Origin: Burkholderiales bacterium
GTDB lineage: Bacteria; Pseudomonadota; Gammaproteobacteria; Burkholderiales; SG8-39
Assembly: GCA_965279075.1 (NCBI GenBank)
Contig: CBDIHI010000009.1
Span: forward strand, 217,275-281,274
Direction of reading: 5' to 3'
DNA length: 64,000 nucleotides
Below are positions 31,496-40,866 of this stretch, piece after piece. The position numbers and the translations under genes are program-made. The notes below the pieces were generated by a model, which worked only from the letters and a program-made list of their open reading frames with translations, searched no databases and was not told where the DNA came from. Each line of letters begins with the position of its first letter. The stretch's first letter is position 1.

Positions 31496-32754
31496 CCGTC
31501 ACCTTCCTTTGAGTCGGGGCTGCCTTCATAGACCGCCCCCGAGGCGAGCAGCGAAGCGTAGCGCTCCGCATTCACGCCTATTCCGTCGAGCAGAGCCCGG
31601 TTGTGCTCGCCGAGCCCCGGTGCGGGGGTGCGCACTGCGCCTGGCGTGCCCGAAAGCCGTGGCACGACGTGATGCATCGGCAACGCGCCCATGTCGGGAT
31701 CGGGATAGTCGGCGACCAACCCACGTTCCAGCACGTGGGGGTCCTCGAGGATCTGGGCGATGTCGTAAATCGGCCCGATCGTGACTTCCGCCGCCTCGAA
31801 GAAAGCGACGTTCTCCGCCTGGGTCCTTGCGGCGATGAACGTGCCGATGATCGCATCGAGTTCGTTCCGGTGCTTCACGCGTTCGGCATTCGTGCCGTAG
31901 CGGGGATCGTCAATCAGGTCGGCGCGGCCGATCGAGCGGAACAGCCGCTCGGCCATCTTCTGCGTCGAAGCCGAAAGGCACACCCACAACCCGTCACTCG
32001 CACAGTAGGCGTTGCGCGGACCGGAATTGGTCGACCCGCTGCCGACGCGCGGCTTCACCTTGCCAGTGAGCCGGTAATTTGCCGCCTGCGGGCCGAGCAC
32101 AGCGAAGAGCGGATCCAGAAGTGGCAGGTCGATCACCTGCCCGGCGCCGCCGTTGGATTCGACCTCGCGCAGTGCGATCATGACCGCTGAGGCCCCGTAC
32201 AGCCCCGCAACGCTGTCCGCGAGGTACATCGGCGGCAATACAGGCTCCCGGTCGGGAAAGCCGTTCATCGAGGCGAAGCCGGACATCCCCTCCACCAGCG
32301 TGCCGAACCCAGGCCGGTTCCGGTAAGGCCCGTCCTGGCCCCAGCCCGAAATCCTCACGATCACGAGCTTCGGGTTCTTCGCGAGCAGGCGCTCGGGGCC
32401 GAGGCCCATCTTCTCGAGCGTGCCCGGCCGGAAGCTCTCCACCAGGATCGCGGCTGTCGGCACCAGTTCCAGCAGCAGGTCGCGTGCCTCGGGGTTCCTC
32501 AATTCGACGCAAAGGCTCTTCTTGTTCCTCGCGTAGACCTTCCAGTTCGTCGCCACGCCTTTCGTATTCCATGCGCGCAGCGTGTCGCCGGCCGGTGGCT
32601 CGACTTTGATGACTTCCGCGCCGAAATCGCCGAGGACCTGGGTCAAAGTATTCCCCGCGACGAGGCGCGACAGGTCAAGCACGCGTACGCCATCCAGGGG
32701 TCCCTTGGCCCCCGGATCGAAATCACGCGCAAAGGGTTTGGGTTTGCGTGCCAT
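31492..32754 (-). CDS. Family III CoA-transferase (CaiB/BaiF type)
   Basis: ATG at 32754. N-terminus GPLDGVRVLDLSRLVAGNTLTQVLGDFGAEVIKVEPP. The 30 upstream codons of the ORF are Arg/Ser-rich and unlikely to be coding. Confidence 0.85.
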   Translation of the reverse strand: MARKPKPFARDFDPGAKGPLDGVRVLDLSRLVAGNTLTQVLGDFGAEVIKVEPPAGDTLRAWNTKGVATNWKVYARNKKSLCVELRNPEARDLLLELVPTAAILVESFRPGTLEKMGLGPERLLAKNPKLVIVRISGWGQDGPYRNRPGFGTLVEGMSGFASMNGFPDREPVLPPMYLADSVAGLYGASAVMIALREVESNGGAGQVIDLPLLDPLFAVLGPQAANYRLTGKVKPRVGSGSTNSGPRNAYCASDGLWVCLSASTQKMAERLFRSIGRADLIDDPRYGTNAERVKHRNELDAIIGTFIAARTQAENVAFFEAAEVTIGPIYDIAQILEDPHVLERGLVADYPDPDMGALPMHHVVPRLSGTPGAVRTPAPGLGEHNRALLDGIGVNAERYASLLASGAVYEGSPDSKEGDG

Positions 32755-32865
32755 CCCGTCCGCCCTATTCCGGCTGCAAGTTGGCGTCGGCCACGATCTT
32801 GCGCGAGCGCGCAATCTCGCCGCGGACGACCGCCGACTCGGCACACGGCAGGATCAAAGAGGTGC

Positions 32866-33840
32866 TCACGGCTTCTCCGCGACGATAAGCGCGCTGACGA
32901 TCGCGAGGTCCTCGAGCGAATACTTCCGGAAGTCCGGGTGGAATCCGTTGCGGATCGCTTCGTTCATCGGGACCTTCTCTCCCGGTTCGACCTTGAGGAT
33001 CCTGAACCCGGACGCTTCGATCATCCCCGTGAAATCGGAGAGCCGCTTACGGTTCGTGTACATGTAGGCCCGCTCGCCGGCAAAGTTCTCGCGCCATGCC
33101 TTCTCGTCGACCGCAAGGAACGCGAGCGGCTTTGAGAAATCCGCATGGTCGCGCATGTCGAAATGGTGCGCGCTGATCCCGCCCTTGCGCAACACCTTCC
33201 AGAGTGCGGCGACCGTCTTCTCCGGGTCGGAAATATGCTCGAACACGGAATGGGAGAATGCAAAATCGAGCGAGCCCTCCGGAAGCGGGATGTCGTATGA
33301 CTGCCTCGGGTGAAGGTAGGCCATGCGATCCGGATTGAACACGACCCTGCCTTCGCGGATCGAATAGATCTCCGACGCTTTCAGCCTGACGCTCGCCGGC
33401 GCAGCGAGCTTCAGCAGTTCGTAGGCCGCGGCATAGCTGTGGACGTTGTAGAGCTCGGGATCCATGTAGAGATCGAGACCGGAATACCTTTTTGCCCCGG
33501 TCGCCACGAACAGCATGCCCTGCCCGAGGTTGGCGCCGGGGCCAAGTTCGAGGATCGACGGATCGGCGGCCCCATTGCCGTATTGCCTCCAGATCCCGGC
33601 GTAATAGTTGTAGATCCCGATGTTGTAGATCGCCGATCCATTCACCTGCTTGCCGGCGGCGAGCAACTCGAGCAGCGCCTTGTCGTGCCCCGACGGAAGG
33701 AACCCGAGCCGGTTGCCGATCGGCACGCTGGCTGTGATCGCGGATTCCGGCGCCGGGCGCCGGGTAAACAAGTGAAAGCCGATGGCAAGGCCGGTCACGA
33801 ACACCAGGACGCCCAGCAGGGCGAGGCGGGTGCGGGTCAT
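32866..33840 (-). CDS. Class I SAM-dependent methyltransferase with an N-terminal transmembrane anchor
   Basis: Only the last 324 codons of the 808-aa ORF look protein-like. ATG at 33840 overlaps the TRAP permease stop (ATGA). TM LALLGVLVFVTGLAIGFHLF. SAM motif I ILELGPGANLG, post-I SGLDL, plus GSLDFAFSHSVFEHI and LRKGGI. Confidence 0.75.
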   Translation of the reverse strand: MTRTRLALLGVLVFVTGLAIGFHLFTRRPAPESAITASVPIGNRLGFLPSGHDKALLELLAAGKQVNGSAIYNIGIYNYYAGIWRQYGNGAADPSILELGPGANLGQGMLFVATGAKRYSGLDLYMDPELYNVHSYAAAYELLKLAAPASVRLKASEIYSIREGRVVFNPDRMAYLHPRQSYDIPLPEGSLDFAFSHSVFEHISDPEKTVAALWKVLRKGGISAHHFDMRDHADFSKPLAFLAVDEKAWRENFAGERAYMYTNRKRLSDFTGMIEASGFRILKVEPGEKVPMNEAIRNGFHPDFRKYSLEDLAIVSALIVAEKP

Positions 33841-36416
33841 GCGACGGACAGTGCGGGCCGGACAAGGCGCCGCCTCTGCAAGAAAAACACCATCGCGACC
33901 AGGACCAGCGCCGGGACGTATACCCAATGCGGCGAAGGCCGGTTGGCGGGCACCTTTACGCCTGTGACTTTCCATCCCTGCTCGAAGCCGGACTTCTTTG
34001 CGCGGCTGCCGAACTTGACGTTGGCGATGCGCACCTCGCCGCCCAGCGCGCTCAGCATCAGGCCGGCCTCGTTCAGCCGCTGCGGGCCCTCGCCTTCCTT
34101 GCCGAGCTGGACGGCGACGGTCTTGCGGATGTCGTCGCCCTCGACGTTGGTGCCCTCGATCACCATCACCAGCGGCCGGTTGGCCGGCGTTTCCTTCGCG
34201 ATCGCGAGCACCTCCCTTCCGGGGCGGTCCTCGAAAGGCTGATACGCCCGGTCCATGAAGAAGTTCGGGCGAAATAGCATGAACGTGGCGAACAACAGGA
34301 CTCCTATCTCCCACCACTTGCAGCGCGTCTGGAACCAGCCCATCGTCGCGGCCGCAAAAGTCAGCGATGCCACTAGGCAAGCGCCAACGACCAGGACCAG
34401 TTCGAACGGGCCGTGGACGTCGATCAGCAGCAATTGCGGGTTGAAGATCCAGACGAACGGCAGCACGGCGGTGCGCATAATGTACAGCGCGCCCTGGATA
34501 CCCGTCGCAATCGGGTCTTCGCCCGAAATGGCCGCCGCCGCGAACGTAGCAAGGCCCACTGGCGGGGTTACGTCCCCCATGATGCCGTAGTAGAAAACGA
34601 ACAGGTGCACGGCGATCAGGGGAATCACCAGGCCCGACTGGGCCCCCAGCTCCACGATCACCGGCGCCATCAGCGTGGCCACCAGGATGTAGTTCGCCGT
34701 CGTGGGCACGCCAAGACCGAGCACCAGGCAGACGAACGCAGTGAAAAGCAGCATCACCATGACATTGCCGAAGGAAACGAACTCGACGAACTCGGTCATG
34801 CGCAGGCCCAGCCCCGTGAGGGTGATGCCGCCAACGATGATGCCCGCAGTACCGGTTGCGATTGCTATGCCGATCATGCTGCGGGCGCCTTCGTTCAGGC
34901 CGTAGACCACGTCCGCAATCCCGCGTCGGAGTTCGCCGGCCACGCCTTTCCCGCCGCGAAAAAACACCGTCAACGGCCTGTGGGTAGCCATCAGGCCTAC
35001 CAGCACCGCGGTTGCCCAGAATGCTGCCAGCGCTGGCGAGAGCTCCTCGATCATCAGGCACCAGATCAGCGTCCCGATCGGGATCATGAAGTGCAGGCCC
35101 GCCTTCACCGTAGGCCAGGTCTCGGGCTGTACCGGGTGGTCGACGTCGATATCCCGCGGCAGGTCGGGACAGGCCGCCGCCAGGTAAACCGTCCAGACGT
35201 AGAGCCCGGCAAGCAGCGCCGCGAGTAGCCATGGCGCCGCCGCACCGAACTGGCTCTTCGCCGCCTGTGCCACAAAATAGATCGCTCCGCATACGGCAAT
35301 CGTGCCCGACAGACCGAGCCCCCAGCCGACGGCCCGATCGCGCAAGGTCCTCGCGCGCCCAGCCACCATTGGCTCCATCCCAAGCTTCAGCGCCTCGAGG
35401 TGGACAATGTAAAACAGCGCTATGTACGACAGGGCCGCCGGCAGGAACGCGTGCTTGCAGATTTCGGGATACGGGATACCGACGTACTCAACCATCAGGA
35501 ATGCGGCCGCGCCCATTACCGGCGGCATGAGTTGCCCGTCGACCGAGGACATGGTCTCGATGGCGCCGGCCTTGACGCCGCCGTATCCCGCCTTCTTCAT
35601 CAGCGGGATCGTGAATATCCCCCCGGATACCACGTTGGACACCGACGATCCCGAAATCAGCCCGTTCAGGCCGGAAGACACCACTGACACCTTGGCGGGG
35701 CCCCCTCGCAGGTGTCCGAGCAAAGCGAACGACACCTGCATCATGTAGTTCCCGGCGCCGGCGCGATCAAGCATCGCGCCGAACAGGACGTAGATGAAGA
35801 TGAAGCTCGATGAGACACCCAGGGCCACCCCGAATACGCCTTCGGTGGTCAGCCATTGGTGGGACAGCATGCGCTCAAACGACGCCCCCTTGTGTGCCAG
35901 CACGTCCGGCAGGTGCTTGCCGAAGAGGATGTAACCGAGAAAGAACAACGCAAGGACCGCCATCGGGAGCCCCACCGCGCGCCGGGTCGCTTCGAGCAGC
36001 AGGACCACACCAATCGTGCCGGTGACGATGTCCAGGGTGGTGGGTTGGCCCGGGCGCGCGGCGAGGTCACTGTAGAAGAGGATCAGGTAGGCGCCGGCGA
36101 ACGCGGCGACAAGCGCAAGAATCACATCGAACGCCGGGATCCGGTCGCGCGGCGAATTCCTGAACGCGGGATAGGCGAGGAAGCCCAGGAACAACGCCAG
36201 GCCCAGGTGCAGGGAGCGTGCCTCGGTGTCGTTCAGGATGCCCATGCCGAAGGTGAACGGCAGCGGAGAGGCGTACCAGAACTGGAACAGCGACCACGCC
36301 ACCGCCACCGCGAATACCACCTTGCCAGGAAGGCCACCGAGCTTGCGCCCGCCGGTGTCCGATTCGGCCACGAGCTGCAGGAGGTCGGGATTGGCTGCCT
36401 TACCTTGTTCTGACAC
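33837..36416 (-). CDS. TAXI-type TRAP transporter fused permease (DctQ/DctM-like 4TM/12TM fusion with C-terminal DUF3394-like domain)
   Basis: 859-aa polytopic protein resembling TRAP 4TM/12TM fusion permeases. C-terminal soluble segment plus a final TM. GTG start at 36416 with AGGGGG upstream. Confidence 0.85.
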   Translation of the reverse strand: MSEQGKAANPDLLQLVAESDTGGRKLGGLPGKVVFAVAVAWSLFQFWYASPLPFTFGMGILNDTEARSLHLGLALFLGFLAYPAFRNSPRDRIPAFDVILALVAAFAGAYLILFYSDLAARPGQPTTLDIVTGTIGVVLLLEATRRAVGLPMAVLALFFLGYILFGKHLPDVLAHKGASFERMLSHQWLTTEGVFGVALGVSSSFIFIYVLFGAMLDRAGAGNYMMQVSFALLGHLRGGPAKVSVVSSGLNGLISGSSVSNVVSGGIFTIPLMKKAGYGGVKAGAIETMSSVDGQLMPPVMGAAAFLMVEYVGIPYPEICKHAFLPAALSYIALFYIVHLEALKLGMEPMVAGRARTLRDRAVGWGLGLSGTIAVCGAIYFVAQAAKSQFGAAAPWLLAALLAGLYVWTVYLAAACPDLPRDIDVDHPVQPETWPTVKAGLHFMIPIGTLIWCLMIEELSPALAAFWATAVLVGLMATHRPLTVFFRGGKGVAGELRRGIADVVYGLNEGARSMIGIAIATGTAGIIVGGITLTGLGLRMTEFVEFVSFGNVMVMLLFTAFVCLVLGLGVPTTANYILVATLMAPVIVELGAQSGLVIPLIAVHLFVFYYGIMGDVTPPVGLATFAAAAISGEDPIATGIQGALYIMRTAVLPFVWIFNPQLLLIDVHGPFELVLVVGACLVASLTFAAATMGWFQTRCKWWEIGVLLFATFMLFRPNFFMDRAYQPFEDRPGREVLAIAKETPANRPLVMVIEGTNVEGDDIRKTVAVQLGKEGEGPQRLNEAGLMLSALGGEVRIANVKFGSRAKKSGFEQGWKVTGVKVPANRPSPHWVYVPALVLVAMVFFLQRRRLVRPALSVA

Positions 36417-36429
36417 GTGGGGCCCCCTG

Positions 36430-36461
36430 AAACAAAAAGGGCGGAATCTTCATTCCGCCCC
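36430..36461 (-). terminator. Intra-operon terminator/attenuator hairpin between the TAXI binding-protein and permease genes
   Basis: On the minus strand: GGGCGGAAT-GAAG-ATTCCGCCC followed by TTTTTGTTT, then AGGGGG and the GTG of the permease. Confidence 0.6.
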
Positions 36462-36484
36462 TGAAAAACGTCCGGCGAGATGCT

Positions 36485-37459
36485 TTACTTCAGCCAGCCC
36501 TTTTCCTTGTAGTACTTGGCAGCACCGTCATGCAGCGGCGCGGACAAGCCATCGACGATCATGCGCTCGGGCTTGAGGATGGCCAGCGCGGGATGCAGCT
36601 TCTTGAACTCGTCGAAGTTGTCGAATACCGCCTTGACCACGGCGTAGACCGTTTCCGCCGGAACTTTCGACGATGACACGACCGAAGCCAGCACCCCGTA
36701 CGTCTTGGTATCGGCCGGGTTGTTCGGGTACAGCCCGCCGGGAATGGTGGCATATGCATAGTAGGGCTTGTCCTTCACCAGCTTGTCCACCGCGGGCCCG
36801 GTAACCGAAACGAGCTTCGCGGCACAAGTGGTGGTCGGGTCCTGGATGTTGGCCGAAGGATGCCCCACGCCATAGAAGAAACCGTCGATCTTGCCGTCGC
36901 AGAGCGCGGGACCGTGCTCGTCCGCCTTGAGCTCGGAGGCGAGCGCGAAATCGCCGAGCTTCCAGCCCATCGCGGCAAGCAGCTCCTCCATCGAGGCACG
37001 AGTGCCGGAACCGGGGTTGCCGACGTTGAACTTCTTGCCCTTGAAGTCGGCAAACGACCTGATGTTGGCCTCCTTGCGCGCAAGGACGGTAAACGGCTCC
37101 GGGTGAAGGCTGAACACCGACCGCAGCTCGCCGTAGGGCGCATCCTTGAACTGGGCCTGGCCCTTGAACGCGTTGTAGGACACGTCGGACTGGGACATTC
37201 CCATGTCGAGTTCGCCCGCCTTGATCGTGTTCACGTTGAACACCGATCCGCCGGTCGACTCGACTGAACAGCGGATCCCGTGGGATTTCCGGTCCTTGTT
37301 GACCAGGCGGCATATCGCACCACCCGCAGCGTAGTAGACGCCGGTGACGCCTCCCGTGCCGATGGTCACGTACTTCTGCTGCGCCTGCGCGGCGGGTGCC
37401 GAGAACATCAGTGTGCCGGCGGCGGCGAGCACTGCGGCCAAGGGTGCGACTTTTTTCAT
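36485..37459 (-). CDS. TAXI-family TRAP transporter solute-binding protein
   Basis: 324 aa with signal peptide ([21 protein letters not shown]). TAXI hallmark [19 protein letters not shown]. Confidence 0.85.
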   Translation of the reverse strand: MKKVAPLAAVLAAAGTLMFSAPAAQAQQKYVTIGTGGVTGVYYAAGGAICRLVNKDRKSHGIRCSVESTGGSVFNVNTIKAGELDMGMSQSDVSYNAFKGQAQFKDAPYGELRSVFSLHPEPFTVLARKEANIRSFADFKGKKFNVGNPGSGTRASMEELLAAMGWKLGDFALASELKADEHGPALCDGKIDGFFYGVGHPSANIQDPTTTCAAKLVSVTGPAVDKLVKDKPYYAYATIPGGLYPNNPADTKTYGVLASVVSSSKVPAETVYAVVKAVFDNFDEFKKLHPALAILKPERMIVDGLSAPLHDGAAKYYKEKGWLK

Positions 37460-37507
37460 CGGGAACTCCCGTCTGGTGTACGTCAGGGAAGCTTATCCAA
37501 GCGCGTC

Positions 37508-38851
37508 CTAGGCGGCAAGCGCTTCCGGCACGCCCAGCGTCGCAGACAGCGCAGCCGAAAATTTCGCCACCAGTTCGTCGAGCTGCGCCTCCTCTACGAT
37601 GAAAGGCGGCGCGAACAACACGTGATCCCCCTGCACGCCGTCAAGCGTCCCGCCCATCGGATAGCACATCAGACCGGATTCGAGCGCGGCCTTCTTCAGC
37701 CTGACATTCACCTTGAGAGCCGGGTCGAAGGGCTTCTTCGTCGCACGGTCTTCCACCAGCTCCACCGCCTGGAACAGCCCGCGGCCGCGGATGTCTCCTA
37801 CATGGGGATGTCGCCCGAACGCCGCCCTCAGCTTGCGATCGAGGGCCGCGCCTATCGAGCCGACACGTTCGAGCAAACCGTCCTCATTGAGCCTCTTCTG
37901 GACGGCGAGCGCGCCTGCGCATGCCGCCGCGTGGCCCAGGTACGTATGGCCGTGCTGGAAGAAGCCGCTGCCGGCGACGATGGCGTCGTAGACCTTGCTG
38001 CTCGCGATCACCGCACCGATCGGCTGGTAGCCGGCACCCAGTCCCTTGGCAATGCAGACGAGGTCGGGCACCACACCCTCCTGCTCGAACGTGAAGAGGG
38101 TCCCGCACCGGCCCATGCCGCACATCACCTCGTCGAGGATCAGCAGCACGCCGTACTTGTCGCAGATTTCCCTCACCCGCTTGAAATATCCGGGCACCGG
38201 CGTCACCGCGCCCAGCGTTGCGCCCACTACCGTCTCGGCGACGAACGCAATCACCTTGTCGGCGCCCAGGCGCAGGATCTCCGCTTCGAGTTCGGCCGCC
38301 AGCCGCGTGGCATAGGCGTCGTCGCCTTCGCCCGCCTCCTTGCCGCGATACTCGAAGCAGGGCGACACATGGGCGACGTCGATCAGCAACGGCTCGAACT
38401 GCTTGCGACGCCAGGCGTTTCCGCCGACCGCAAGCGCGCCGAGCGTGTTGCCGTGGTAACTGCCGCGTCGCGCGATGATGTGCTCGCGCTGCGGCTCGCC
38501 TTTCTCGACACAATACTGCCGCGCGAGCTTCAGCGCGGCTTCCACGGCCTCGGAGCCGCCCGAAACGAAGTAGACCCGGTCGAACTCCGATGGAGAACGG
38601 CGGATCAACTCGTCAGCGAGCGCTTCCATCGGCTCGTTGGAGAAAAACGAGGTGTGCGCGAAAGGCAGGCGGTCGAGCTGGGCCTTGATCGCGTCGATGA
38701 CGGCCCGGTCCGAATGCCCCAGACAGGAGACCGCGGCACCGCCCGAAGCGTCGAGGTATCGCTTTCCCTCGCGGTCTACCAGGTAGGCGCCGTCGCCGCG
38801 AACCGCGACGGGATAGTCGTTCTTCGGAGTGCGATGGAAGACGTGGCTCAT
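37508..38851 (-). CDS. Class III (omega) PLP-dependent aminotransferase
   Basis: ATG at 38851. Motifs LDASGGAAVSCLGH, YFVSGGSEAVEAALKLAR, LILDEVMCGMGRCG, and the CIAKGLGAGYQP lysine motif. Confidence 0.85.
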   Translation of the reverse strand: MSHVFHRTPKNDYPVAVRGDGAYLVDREGKRYLDASGGAAVSCLGHSDRAVIDAIKAQLDRLPFAHTSFFSNEPMEALADELIRRSPSEFDRVYFVSGGSEAVEAALKLARQYCVEKGEPQREHIIARRGSYHGNTLGALAVGGNAWRRKQFEPLLIDVAHVSPCFEYRGKEAGEGDDAYATRLAAELEAEILRLGADKVIAFVAETVVGATLGAVTPVPGYFKRVREICDKYGVLLILDEVMCGMGRCGTLFTFEQEGVVPDLVCIAKGLGAGYQPIGAVIASSKVYDAIVAGSGFFQHGHTYLGHAAACAGALAVQKRLNEDGLLERVGSIGAALDRKLRAAFGRHPHVGDIRGRGLFQAVELVEDRATKKPFDPALKVNVRLKKAALESGLMCYPMGGTLDGVQGDHVLFAPPFIVEEAQLDELVAKFSAALSATLGVPEALAA

Positions 38852-38867
38852 GCGGCCCTCGGGAAGG

Positions 38868-40697
38868 TCAGGCGGCGAGTTTCTCGTGCAGCAGAGTGCG
38901 GCGCGCCTCGAGCTCGACCGGCAGGTGGGCGCCGAGCTTGCCCAGGAGCTCATCGTGCGAATGCAGTTCTTCGGCCCAGGCGTCGTGCTTCACTTCGCTC
39001 AGCTCGGCGTACTGGTCACGCGAGAACTTCTCCAGCCCCGCCCAGGTCAGGTCCTCATAGGCCGGCATGATGCCCAGCGGGGTGGTCCTGCCCTTGGCGC
39101 CGCCTTCGCAGCGCTGCACGATCCACTGCAGCACGCGCATGTTCTCGCCGAACCCCGGCCAGATGAACTTGCCCGCCGCGTCGCGCCGGAACCAGTTCAC
39201 GCGGAAGATCTTCGGCGCCTTGGCGTGGGCCTTGCCGACCTTCAGCCAGTGTGCGAAATAGTCACCGATGTTGTAGCCGCAGAACGCAAGCATCGCCATC
39301 GGGTCGCGCCGCACCACGCCCACCTTGCCGGTGATCGCCGCCGTGGTCTCGGAGCCGAGCGTCGCCGCCATGTATACGCCGTCCTCCCAGCCCGGGGCCT
39401 CGACGACCAATGGCACAGTCGACGAGCGCCGGCCACCGAACAGGAAAGCCGAAATCGGCACGCCGGCGGGATCCTCCCACTTCGCGTCCATCGAAGGGCA
39501 TTGCGATGCGGGTACCGTGAAGCGCGAGTTTGCATGGGCTGCGAGGCGCCCGCAGCCGGGGGCCCATTCCTGGCCCTGCCAGTCGATCAGCTTCGCCGGC
39601 GGCACGTCGGTCATGCCCTCCCACCATACGTCTCCCTCGGGCGTCAGCGCGACGTTCGTGAAGATGACATTGGAGCGCAGCGTCTTCATCGCGTTCGGGT
39701 TGGTGGCATCCGAAGTTCCCGGCGCCACACCGAAGAATCCCGCCTCGGGGTTGATCGCGTAGAAGCGCCCGTCCTTGCCCGGCTTGATCCAGGCGATGTC
39801 CTCGCCCACCGTGGTGATCTTCCAGCCCGCGAAGCTCTTGGGCGGGATCATCATCGCGAAGTTGGTCTTGCCGCATGCCGAAGGGAAGGCGGCGGATACG
39901 TAGTGCTTCTCTCCCTTGGGCGACTCGACACCCAGGATCAGCATGTGCTCGGCGAGCCAGCCTTCGTCGCGCGCCATGATCGAGGCGATGCGCAGCGCCA
40001 GGCACTTCTTGCCGAGCAGGGCGTTGCCGCCGTAGCCCGAACCGAACGACCAGATCTCGCGCGACTCCGGGAAATGGACGATCCACTTCTCCTTGTCGTT
40101 GCACGGCCACGGCACGTCCTTCTGCCCGGCCGCCAGCGGCGCGCCGACGGAATGTACGCACGGGACGTACGCACCATTCTCCCCGAGGTGGTCGACCACC
40201 GCGCGTCCCATGCGCGTCATCATGCGCATGTTGACCACGACGTAGGCCGAGTCCGAGACCTCGACCCCGACCTGGGCGATATGGGAGCCGATCGGGCCCA
40301 TCGAGAACGGCACCACGTACATCGTGCGGCCGCGCATGCAACCGTCATAGAGGCGCTGGAGGGTGCCGCGCATCTCGGCCGGTTCCACCCAGTTGTTGGT
40401 CGGGCCGGCATCGTCCTTCTTCGTGCTGCAGATGAAGGTGCGGTCTTCCATGCGCGCGACGTCGGTAGGGTGCGAGCGCGCGAGGTAGCTGCCGGGGCGC
40501 AGCTTCTCGTTCAACTTGAGGAACGTGCCCGCAGCCACCAGCTCGCCACACAAGCGGGTATTTTCTTCCTCGGAACCGTCGCACCAGACGATGCGCTCCG
40601 GCTTGGTCAGCCGCGCAACCTTGGAGACCCACTCTCGCAGGGCGCGGTGGCGCACGTAATCCGGGGCATTGGAAATATCGGTGCGTGGGTCATTCAT
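38868..40697 (-). CDS. pckG: Phosphoenolpyruvate carboxykinase (GTP)
   Basis: 609 aa. GTP-PEPCK signatures FPSACGKTN and [11 protein letters not shown]. Confidence 0.95.
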   Translation of the reverse strand: MNDPRTDISNAPDYVRHRALREWVSKVARLTKPERIVWCDGSEEENTRLCGELVAAGTFLKLNEKLRPGSYLARSHPTDVARMEDRTFICSTKKDDAGPTNNWVEPAEMRGTLQRLYDGCMRGRTMYVVPFSMGPIGSHIAQVGVEVSDSAYVVVNMRMMTRMGRAVVDHLGENGAYVPCVHSVGAPLAAGQKDVPWPCNDKEKWIVHFPESREIWSFGSGYGGNALLGKKCLALRIASIMARDEGWLAEHMLILGVESPKGEKHYVSAAFPSACGKTNFAMMIPPKSFAGWKITTVGEDIAWIKPGKDGRFYAINPEAGFFGVAPGTSDATNPNAMKTLRSNVIFTNVALTPEGDVWWEGMTDVPPAKLIDWQGQEWAPGCGRLAAHANSRFTVPASQCPSMDAKWEDPAGVPISAFLFGGRRSSTVPLVVEAPGWEDGVYMAATLGSETTAAITGKVGVVRRDPMAMLAFCGYNIGDYFAHWLKVGKAHAKAPKIFRVNWFRRDAAGKFIWPGFGENMRVLQWIVQRCEGGAKGRTTPLGIMPAYEDLTWAGLEKFSRDQYAELSEVKHDAWAEELHSHDELLGKLGAHLPVELEARRTLLHEKLAA

Positions 40698-40708
40698 GCG
40701 GTGGGCTC

Positions 40709-40741
40709 CAAAATGAAAACGGCCCTGGGCTGGCCGGGCCG
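40709..40741 (-). terminator. Terminator-like hairpin + U-tract immediately upstream of the pckG RBS
   Basis: On the minus strand: CGGCCC-(10 nt)-GGGCCG followed by TTTTCATTTT, then GGAG and the ATG. The stem is short and the loop is large, so this call is weak. Confidence 0.3.
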
Positions 40742-40866
40742 AAATTATTGATTTCTGATGCGGAATTGTAGCAGCGCGGCCTTGTCAGGGGCTAGCCACC
40801 ACCCTGCCACGAAGCGCAGCTATGCTGCGCAGCAACGCAGCGCCCTGCGTCAAACAACCTTTTGTA

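Noticed and set aside
33841-35292. N-terminal 484 codons of the 808-aa ORF 32866-35292
   Set aside because: This part overlaps the TRAP permease in another frame and is Arg/Gly/Pro-rich. A protein-like sequence begins only at the ATG at 33840 (MTRTRLALLGV...), which also forms an ATGA overlap with the permease stop.
38829-40751. 640-aa ORF antisense to pckG (and the similar 37280-39070 ORF antisense to the aminotransferase)
   Set aside because: The opposite strand carries full-length, motif-complete PEPCK and aminotransferase genes. The antisense products have no motifs and typical GC-rich off-frame composition.
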